DNA of 64,000 bases from a virus (lineage: Duplodnaviria > Heunggongvirae > Uroviricota > Caudoviricetes), in the IMG/VR virus record IMGVR_UViG_3300026097_000001. One strand, given 5' to 3'. A program made the translations under genes and the position numbers. The notes beneath the pieces were generated by a model. That model was not told the origin of the DNA. It saw only the letters and a program-made list of their open reading frames with translations, and ran no database searches. This document shows positions 57,805-64,000 of the stretch, piece after piece (within the stretch, counting starts at the first letter, position 1; each line of letters starts with the position of its first letter).

Positions 57805-58949
57805 AAACCTTTAAAACTTTAGTATCTGAAGTTGCCGAGCCAAAGGCAGGCGACGAAAAGGCATTTAAAGATAAACACATTGTAACTAAAGTAGGTCATC
57901 CTGTTGCTTTGGACCATCAATTCACTGGCGAAATTCCAGGAACTTCTAAGTCCAAGCGTAGAGCGGATCTTGAAGCAGGCGAAGATGAAAAGGTATACGA
58001 AGCGATGGATCCTGTCAATCCAAAAGCTGTTAAAAAGAAATTTGACGACCGTAAAGATAAAGACATCGACAACGATGGCGATGTAGATAGTTCTGATGAA
58101 TATCTTCACAAGCGTCGTAAAGCTATTTCTAAAGCAATGAAAAAAGAAGGTAATGCGTTTACGAAAGCTCTATTTGCTGCTCGTGAAGCAGGTGACAAAA
58201 CTTTCATTGTGGCAGGAAAGACGTATAACTGCGAAGATTATGACGACGAAGGAAACATAGCAGAAGCTCCACAGCCTAAGTGGAAGGTTGCGATTGGCAA
58301 GAAACATTATACTGTAATTGCTCGTAATACCGCAGAAGCAGACAGAAAAGCAAAAATGCTTGCAAAGAAAGATGGCAACAGTGGATTGCCGGGCGAGATT
58401 AAAAGAATGAATGAAGACGCATGGGAAGAAATTCCGATGATGATGAACTCTTTGCGTTCTATGTCTCACAATATATCCGGCATCTCGCGTTATCTTCAAA
58501 CAACTCAGGATCCTGAAGAATGGTTCCAGAATAAACTTGCCGGCGTTGCCAAAGAATTGCAGACGCTGTATTCTTATGCAACCGCAGAGGTAATGTCAAT
58601 GGGTGAAGAAACGGATCTTGAGGAAGCAAAGAAGCCGATTTCCAGAAAAACAATAAATAGGGCATTGCAGGGAATGAAGGTCCAACCTAAAGACAAGGTT
58701 TCTGTAAAGAAAGCCCCTTGGGATAAAAAAGAAGAAGCCGACCAAATTGATGAAGCTGTTAAATTTAAAGCTGGTATGATAAAGTTAAAAGACGGTTCTT
58801 CTATGATTATTAAAAAGCAAGATGCCGATCTTCTAACGCAAATGTTTAAAGATCTTTCTCCAGCTAACCGCAAGAAGATGGAAAAGGTTGCGATGGAAGA
58901 CAAAGCTGGGTTTGAAGAGATCCTTGGTTTTGCAAGAGAAGCTCTATAA
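57801..58949 (+). CDS. Putative prohead core protein (gp67/gp68 position)
   Basis: Highly charged and E/K-rich; MKTFK..V.E start; lies between portal and protease. Assignment rests on synteny. Confidence 0.5.
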   Translation: MKTFKTLVSEVAEPKAGDEKAFKDKHIVTKVGHPVALDHQFTGEIPGTSKSKRRADLEAGEDEKVYEAMDPVNPKAVKKKFDDRKDKDIDNDGDVDSSDEYLHKRRKAISKAMKKEGNAFTKALFAAREAGDKTFIVAGKTYNCEDYDDEGNIAEAPQPKWKVAIGKKHYTVIARNTAEADRKAKMLAKKDGNSGLPGEIKRMNEDAWEEIPMMMNSLRSMSHNISGISRYLQTTQDPEEWFQNKLAGVAKELQTLYSYATAEVMSMGEETDLEEAKKPISRKTINRALQGMKVQPKDKVSVKKAPWDKKEEADQIDEAVKFKAGMIKLKDGSSMIIKKQDADLLTQMFKDLSPANRKKMEKVAMEDKAGFEEILGFAREAL

Positions 58950-58951
58950 AG

Positions 58952-59176
58952 ATGGCTTGGGTTACTGTTCCGGGGTCAAATAACATTTGGCAATATGATA
59001 ATGCCGCAACAGCGGCTGACACATATTCGGATGCAAATGGGACTACATCTGGTGGGATAAGATCTTTTACTCCGCCTGGTGGAAATACACAGTATACCTA
59101 CGTCAAATGTAGAAAAACAGGTGAGACTCAGGAACGCGGTGAGCTGTCAAAAAACTACTACGACGCCAGAGTATAA
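58952..59176 (+). CDS. Hypothetical protein, 74 aa
   Basis: Fills the gap between 57801-58949 and gp21. Confidence 0.55.
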   Translation: MAWVTVPGSNNIWQYDNAATAADTYSDANGTTSGGIRSFTPPGGNTQYTYVKCRKTGETQERGELSKNYYDARV

Positions 59177-59179
59177 ATA
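59172..59179 (+). promoter_or_regulatory. T4-type late promoter for gp21
   Basis: Exact TATAAATA overlapping the upstream stop. Confidence 0.75.
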
Positions 59180-59213
59180 TAATGTATTACAAATATAAAC
59201 GAGGAGTATATAC

Positions 59214-59900
59214 ATGAAGTTAATTACCGAAGTATTCAACGAAGATTGCGCGGTTGTAACAGAATCGGCTGAGAACGGCAAGAAGAATTACTTCATCGAG
59301 GGTATCTTCATGCAAGGCGACATTAAAAATCGCAACGGCCGTGTATACCCTTCGCAAATTCTTGAAAAGGAAATGGGCAGGTACCAAAAGACCTTTATCG
59401 ATACGAATAGAGCTCTTGGCGAACTAGGCCACCCAGACGGCCCACAGATCAATGGTGATAGAGTTTCTCATCTTATCACTGAAATGAGAAGAGATGGTAC
59501 AAACTTTATTGGAAAAGCAAAGATTCTTTCTACTCCAATGGGTGAGATCGTTAAAACCTTTGTAGACGAAGGGGTGAGAGTTGGTGTTTCGACACGCGGT
59601 CTTGGTTCGGTGAAACCTACTAAGGATGGTATTATGGAAGTTCAAGACGACTTTCATTTGGCAACTGTAGATATTGTAACGGATCCTTCTGGACCCGATT
59701 GTTTTGTAAACGGTATTATGGAAAATACTGAATACTACTATGATATCGCGGCAGGAACTTGGAGACAACACGCCGTTGAGCAGGTTGTTGAAGAAATAGT
59801 TCAAGAAGTGAAAAGGGAATATAAAACAACAACTAGAGTGATTGGTGAGTCTCACGCAGCAAAACTCTTTGAAAAATTCCTTACTTCTCTGAAAAATTAA
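59214..59900 (+). CDS. gp21: Prohead protease gp21
   Basis: IEGIFMQ...KNRNGRVY, ALGELGHP, GVSTRGLGS, DIV.DPS. Confidence 0.96.
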   Translation: MKLITEVFNEDCAVVTESAENGKKNYFIEGIFMQGDIKNRNGRVYPSQILEKEMGRYQKTFIDTNRALGELGHPDGPQINGDRVSHLITEMRRDGTNFIGKAKILSTPMGEIVKTFVDEGVRVGVSTRGLGSVKPTKDGIMEVQDDFHLATVDIVTDPSGPDCFVNGIMENTEYYYDIAAGTWRQHAVEQVVEEIVQEVKREYKTTTRVIGESHAAKLFEKFLTSLKN

Positions 59901-59904
59901 ATAT

Positions 59905-59912
59905 TATAAATA
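59905..59912 (+). promoter_or_regulatory. T4-type late promoter for gp22
   Basis: Exact TATAAATA. Confidence 0.78.
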
Positions 59913-59952
59913 TGGATATGATAACACGAATCCAAATAAGAGGAGAGTAAAT

Positions 59953-60927
59953 ATGTCAGAATTAGAAGAAAAATTCGTTGCTGACGACGGTGTTTCCGAG
60001 GTTCCTGAACCAACGGCGCCAGAGGGCGGTGAAGCGAAAAAGAAAAAGGCTGATCTTAAAAAGAAAGTAGATCCTAAAGCTGATACTGTAGAAACACCAC
60101 CAATGGCTGAAGAAACTGATGAAGTTGACGCAGACGAAGTTGTTGAAGTTGCAGAAGAAGCTGAAGAAGTAGAGGAAGTTATTTCCGTTGAGGAATCAAT
60201 CGCTTCTATGTTCGAAGGTGCTGACCTTTCTGAAGAGTTCAAATCAAAGGTATCCTTGGTATTTGAAACTGCTGTTAGAGAAGCAACAGACACAAGAGTC
60301 AACGAAGCAGTTGCAACTCTTGAAGAAGAATTTGATAATCGCTTGGTTGAGACTGTTAACGAAGCTATTGAAGAAATTACCGAAAACCTAGACTCATATC
60401 TCGACTATGTCGTTGAGCAGTGGATGGAAGAAAACAAGGTTGCTGTAGAATCTGGCGTTAAAGTAGAAATGGCAGAATCTCTAATGGACGGCCTAAGAGA
60501 TATCTTCTCTTCGCATAACATCGATATCGACGAAGAAACGGTTGATGTTGTCGCTGGTTTGGAAGAACAAGTTGGTGAGCTTCAGGAACAAACGAATGAA
60601 GCAATCAACGAAAATATTTCCCTTGCAAAGGAAATAGCTGCACTCAAAGCTGAAAAGGTTTTTGATACAATTTCAGAAGGACTTACTGTCTCTCAGAAAG
60701 AAAGATTGAAATCTTTGTCAGAAAAGCTTGACAACGAAGACTTAGAAGCTTACGAGTCAGACCTTGGTACTCTCAAGGAATCGTTCTTTAAAACTAAGAA
60801 GACACAGGTAATAAGCGAAGAAACAGAAGAAGAAGTTCTTACAGAAGAAACTGAAACAAGAAAACCAGTTTCCCAGTATGCTTCGGTTTCTGCGATCGTT
60901 GAAGCGATTAACAGCAAATCCAAGTGA
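59953..60927 (+). CDS. gp22: Prohead scaffold gp22
   Basis: Very acidic; LSEEFK.K....FE.AV, YLDYVVEQW.EEN; position before gp23. Confidence 0.92.
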   Translation: MSELEEKFVADDGVSEVPEPTAPEGGEAKKKKADLKKKVDPKADTVETPPMAEETDEVDADEVVEVAEEAEEVEEVISVEESIASMFEGADLSEEFKSKVSLVFETAVREATDTRVNEAVATLEEEFDNRLVETVNEAIEEITENLDSYLDYVVEQWMEENKVAVESGVKVEMAESLMDGLRDIFSSHNIDIDEETVDVVAGLEEQVGELQEQTNEAINENISLAKEIAALKAEKVFDTISEGLTVSQKERLKSLSEKLDNEDLEAYESDLGTLKESFFKTKKTQVISEETEEEVLTEETETRKPVSQYASVSAIVEAINSKSK

Positions 60928-60939
60928 AAATAAAAAAAT

Positions 60940-60947
60940 TATAAATA
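60940..60947 (+). promoter_or_regulatory. T4-type late promoter for gp23
   Basis: Exact TATAAATA. Confidence 0.8.
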
Positions 60948-60986
60948 CAACTATAATTAAAAACAACAAGAATAGGAGAGACAAAA

Positions 60987-62297
60987 ATGAGTCAATCTAG
61001 CAGAACTTTAGTCGAAAAGTGGGGTCCTCTTCTTGAGCATTCTTCTTTCGCAGAAATCAAGGACGAGCACAGAAAAGCAGTTACTGCTACTCTCCTTGAG
61101 AACACAGAAAAGGCGCTCGTAGAAAGCGGTGACCAGTCAATCAACATGACTTCACTTCTACAAGAAGCTCCAACTAACGCTGCCGGTACAGGCGGTTTTG
61201 GTTCAGCTTCTGCAACGCCAACAGCAGGTTATGACCCAGTTCTAATCAGCTTGGTTCGTCGCTCAATGCCAAACCTAATGGCATACGACATTGCAGGCGT
61301 TCAGCCAATGACAGGCCCAACAGGCTTGATCTTCGCAATGCGTTCCAACTACAACGCAATGTCCGGTAACACAGCTGCTGAAGCATTCTATAACGAAGCT
61401 GATACAGACTTCTCTGGTACAGGCACAATGGCTGGTACAACCGGTGGTGCAGCAACTGCTAATACTGGTACAGGTATGGATACTGCTGCAGCTGAAGCAC
61501 TCGGTGATGGCGACGGTACAAACTTTGCAGAGATGGCTCTTGCTATCGAAAAAGTTACTGTAGCTGCGAAAAGCCGCGCGTTGAAAGCGGAATACACAAC
61601 TGAGCTCGCTCAGGATCTTCGCGCAGTCCACGGTCTCGATGCAGAAACAGAACTCGCGAACATTCTTCAGTCTGAGATCCTTGCGGAAATCAACCGCGAA
61701 GTTGTTCGTACGATCTATAACACAGCTGTAACAGGTGCTGCGGCAACTGCATCGGCCGGTGTATTCGATCTTGACGTTGACGCAAACGGTCGTTGGTCAG
61801 TTGAGAAGTTCAAAGGATTGATGTTCCAAGTTGAAATCGAAGCCAACGCGATTGCAAAAGCAACTCGTAGAGGTAAAGGTAACATCGTTATCTGTTCTTC
61901 CGATGTTGCATCAGCACTTCAGATGTCAGGTGTTCTCGATTATACGCCAGCTCTTAACAGCAACGCGCTAAACGTTGACGATACAGGCAACACATTCGCA
62001 GGTATCCTAAACGGTCGTTACAGAGTATACATCGATCCATATGCAGGTTCGAACTACATGGTCGTAGGTTATAAAGGTTCCAGCGCGTTTGACGCAGGCC
62101 TCTTCTACTGCCCATATGTTCCACTACAGATGTACCGTGCAGTTGGTGAGAACAGCTTCCAGCCAAAAATCGGGTTCAAAACTCGTTACGGTATGGTTGC
62201 AAACCCATTCGCATTCGGCTCAGCCCGCAGCGAAGGCGCTCTCACAGCGAACAGCAACGTATACTACAGAAGAGTTCGCGTCAGCAACTTGTTCTAA
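60987..62297 (+). CDS. gp23: Major capsid protein gp23
   Basis: KW.PLLE, GVQPMTGPTGLIFAMR, KSRALKAEYT.ELAQDL, FYCPYVPL, FQPKIGFKTRYG. Confidence 0.98.
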   Translation: MSQSSRTLVEKWGPLLEHSSFAEIKDEHRKAVTATLLENTEKALVESGDQSINMTSLLQEAPTNAAGTGGFGSASATPTAGYDPVLISLVRRSMPNLMAYDIAGVQPMTGPTGLIFAMRSNYNAMSGNTAAEAFYNEADTDFSGTGTMAGTTGGAATANTGTGMDTAAAEALGDGDGTNFAEMALAIEKVTVAAKSRALKAEYTTELAQDLRAVHGLDAETELANILQSEILAEINREVVRTIYNTAVTGAAATASAGVFDLDVDANGRWSVEKFKGLMFQVEIEANAIAKATRRGKGNIVICSSDVASALQMSGVLDYTPALNSNALNVDDTGNTFAGILNGRYRVYIDPYAGSNYMVVGYKGSSAFDAGLFYCPYVPLQMYRAVGENSFQPKIGFKTRYGMVANPFAFGSARSEGALTANSNVYYRRVRVSNLF

Positions 62298-62354
62298 TAA
62301 AAAAAGAAGAGGGGATAAAACCCCTCCTCTATCACTCGTTATTAATGAGTACCT

Positions 62355-62380
62355 GGGAGATCTTCGGATCTCCCTTTTTT
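62355..62380 (+). terminator. Intrinsic terminator with a cUUCGg tetraloop after gp23
   Basis: GGGAGATC-TTCG-GATCTCCC, a perfect 8-bp stem followed by TTTTTT. Confidence 0.92.
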
Positions 62381-62825
62381 ATTTGTATTGCTTTAAGAAC
62401 TCATACTTGTTCTGTATGTCCATATCAGGAATAGGATCCGCAGCCCAATGTAAAAGAGCTTGGCGCTGCTTTAAACGTTTATTTAGATCTCCATTTCCAT
62501 TTTTACGAACCTGCGCAGAGTGGCGAGCAACAAACGATTTCCACCTTTTAATCTGATGTGTGTCTAGATCATCTATCCGGCGTCCCTGGTAGTAACGTAG
62601 ATACCATTGGAACCAACCCATAGGATCCTCAGGAGTGATCCAGCCGTTCTCTTTCCATACAGAAAGAGGTTGAGATGCTCCTTCCATAAAAAGGTTCTTT
62701 TGTCTAATAATAGGAGTTCTGTTGAAATCTTTGTTCGTTGGCAGATAGTACTTACCATCAAAGATCCCGAGTTCCAACATTTCATACGGAGTAAAGGTTG
62801 GATTGAACTCCAAGTTATTAGTCAT
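62379..62825 (-). CDS. Hypothetical protein, 148 aa
   Basis: Trp-rich DP.GWFQWY.RYY.GRR...QI.RW..F...RQALLHWA motif suggests a conserved family; function unknown. Confidence 0.7.
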   Translation of the reverse strand: MTNNLEFNPTFTPYEMLELGIFDGKYYLPTNKDFNRTPIIRQKNLFMEGASQPLSVWKENGWITPEDPMGWFQWYLRYYQGRRIDDLDTHQIKRWKSFVARHSAQVRKNGNGDLNKRLKQRQALLHWAADPIPDMDIQNKYEFLKQYK

Positions 62826-62997
62826 TACCTAATCCAAAACATGGCATGTGAATGGCTCGTACGCAGTAGTTACCGTACTGTTCTGGTCCCATGATAGCAA
62901 GGTTCATAAGTAAAGGCACGCCAAGCATAAAGAACGTAATTAGCAAGAAAGCCCAGCCAAGACCTTTTAGTGTACAATAGTATGTTTTATCGCTCAT
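62818..62997 (-). CDS. Small single-pass membrane protein, 59 aa (not in the ORF track)
   Basis: MSDKTYYCTLKGLGWAFLLITFFMLGVPLLMNLAIMGP... has one hydrophobic stretch and overlaps both neighbours by a few bases. Confidence 0.6.
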   Translation of the reverse strand: MSDKTYYCTLKGLGWAFLLITFFMLGVPLLMNLAIMGPEQYGNYCVRAIHMPCFGLGND

Positions 62998-63166
62998 CTT
63001 TTTTCCTTTTCACCCCGGTATCATCATAGTACCAACTACGTTTATCTGGATCTAAACTTTCGATATCAAAGTCTGTATCCTCTTTTTCGCCCAAGAGAAG
63101 ATACTTAAGCTGCTTCATCTCTTCTCTAAGAGATCTTACTTGTTCAAGAATATCATCATTATTCAC
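62987..63166 (-). CDS. Small hypothetical protein, 59 aa
   Basis: 3' part of track ORF 62987-63259; the GTG at 63166 follows AGGA. Confidence 0.5.
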   Translation of the reverse strand: MNNDDILEQVRSLREEMKQLKYLLLGEKEDTDFDIESLDPDKRSWYYDDTGVKRKKDER

Positions 63167-63300
63167 GATCTTTCCTTTTATGCTGTTTTCTATAACGGAT
63201 CTCTTCTGCAATTCGTGTGAACGGCCAAATTGAAATTTGCCATAATACCATAACTGCAAATATAAAACTTAATAAAATTTTATTCAGATACATTTTACAA

Positions 63301-63468
63301 TTAGGTTTGTTTTTTACTGCTTACGCTTTTGCGCAGTTCACTACCTTCAAAGTTATCCATCTGCATAAACTTTTGAAGCACCGAGTTTGTTGGATCTAAT
63401 CGAAATACCTCTTGTCCGAGCTGTTCAATCATATCGTAGTCAATTTGTGTCTTAAGGTGTTTACCCAT
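63301..63468 (-). CDS. Small hypothetical early protein, 55 aa (not in the ORF track)
   Basis: AAAGGAGA RBS then MGKHLKTQIDYDMIEQLGQEVFRLDP...; sigma70-like promoter just upstream. Confidence 0.65.
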   Translation of the reverse strand: MGKHLKTQIDYDMIEQLGQEVFRLDPTNSVLQKFMQMDNFEGSELRKSVSSKKQT

Positions 63469-63491
63469 ATTGATTCTCCTTTACATATAAT

Positions 63492-63520
63492 ACAATACCA
63501 TAAAAGTTGAGTGATGTCAA
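63492..63520 (-). promoter_or_regulatory. Sigma70-type early promoter
   Basis: Minus strand TTGACA, 17 nt, TATTGT, with a TGn extended -10. Confidence 0.6.
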
Positions 63521-63530
63521 CCATTTTAAG

Positions 63531-63564
63531 AAAAAAAAAAACAGAGGCAGTGTACCTCTGTTTT
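63531..63564 (-). terminator. Intrinsic terminator downstream of pseudoazurin
   Basis: AAAACAGAGG/CCTCTGTTTT stem, 7-nt loop and a long U-tract on the minus strand. Confidence 0.8.
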
Positions 63565-63585
63565 CTCAAAGTCTTGTTTATAAAC

Positions 63586-64000
63586 TTACAGGTCTGATAG
63601 TAGATCTTTTAGTTTCTTTTTTGACTTGCCGCGTACCTTGGCATCCGCTGCTTGCGCGATTGCTTCTGGTGTTGCAACACCTACGACTACTACGCCAATC
63701 ATGCCCATAGTTGCGTGCGGTGTACATACATACACATATACGCCTGGCTCCGTCATTGTGATAGTTACGTCTTTATTGAGTTTTGACTTGTCTGCCAACT
63801 CAACGCCATCAGGGCCATCAATAAACTCTACATTATGACCACGATCTGTTGCTAACCAAGTAACTTCTGCACCCGGTGCCACGGTGATTACATCTTCAGA
63901 GAATACCATCTTACGCTTACGGTCATCCGGATCTCTGTTCCACATTTCTAAAGTGTATTCTGCAGGCAACTCTGTTTCAGCAAAGGCTGGTGTGCAAAAG
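63586..64000 (-). CDS. Pseudoazurin-type blue copper protein, 5'-truncated by the window edge
   Basis: MVF....I.V.PG..VTW...D.GHNVE...Y.Y.CTPH..MGM...V.VG supplies all four type-1 Cu ligands. The frame stays open to the window end and reads ...FCTPAFA|ETELP, a signal-peptidase-like site. Confidence 0.88.
   Translation of the reverse strand, partial: FCTPAFAETELPAEYTLEMWNRDPDDRKRKMVFSEDVITVAPGAEVTWLATDRGHNVEFIDGPDGVELADKSKLNKDVTITMTEPGVYVYVCTPHATMGMIGVVVVGVATPEAIAQAADAKVRGKSKKKLKDLLSDL

Noticed and set aside
52028-62297. Inteins, introns or homing endonucleases in gp17, gp18, gp20 or gp23
   Set aside because: The ORFs are continuous, of ordinary length, and show no splicing or LAGLIDADG/HNH motifs.
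62309-62326. GAGGGG-ATAAAA-CCCCTC hairpin just after gp23
   Set aside because: It has no U-tract on the + strand. The cUUCGg hairpin at 62355 is the better terminator; this one may be an RNA-stability element or serve the opposite strand.
1-64000. tRNA, rRNA, integrase or transposase
   Set aside because: None was recognised. Intergenic gaps are short and mostly explained by promoters and terminators; a tRNAscan-SE/Infernal run would be needed to be certain.

Overview
This window is the virion morphogenesis region of a large T4-like myophage. On the + strand it runs gp5 (partial), an M15-peptidase protein, gp25, gp6, gp7-like, gp8-like and a VrlC/DUF4815-like protein, then a ~33 kb accessory island, then gp13, gp14, gp15, gp16, gp17, gp18, gp19, gp20, a prohead core candidate, gp21, gp22 and gp23. 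Many TATAAATA T4-type late promoters are present. After a cUUCGg terminator, small minus-strand early-type genes begin, including a signal-peptide-bearing pseudoazurin that hints at an alphaproteobacterial host (inference). The island lies where T4 has gp9-gp12/wac and is the most interesting part. It holds two copies of a three-gene fibre cassette ending in Pro-poor Gly-X-Y collagen fibres with S74 chaperones, one with an inserted type-1-copper-like domain. It also holds eight of nine paralogous genes built from a ~47-aa repeat (eight with six repeats, probably beta-propellers, and one with a single repeat); the ninth sits between gp14 and gp15. 45 of the 49 repeats carry D-x-N-x-S/T. Interleaved are five 2OG-Fe(II) oxygenase-like genes, methyltransferases, a sulfotransferase, nucleotide-sugar enzymes and glycosyltransferases. 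My best candidate for an undescribed system is an expandable propeller-adhesin/fibre array with its own post-translational decoration enzymes. All family assignments come from motif recognition by eye, not database searches. No tRNA, rRNA, CRISPR array, integrase or reverse transcriptase was recognised.
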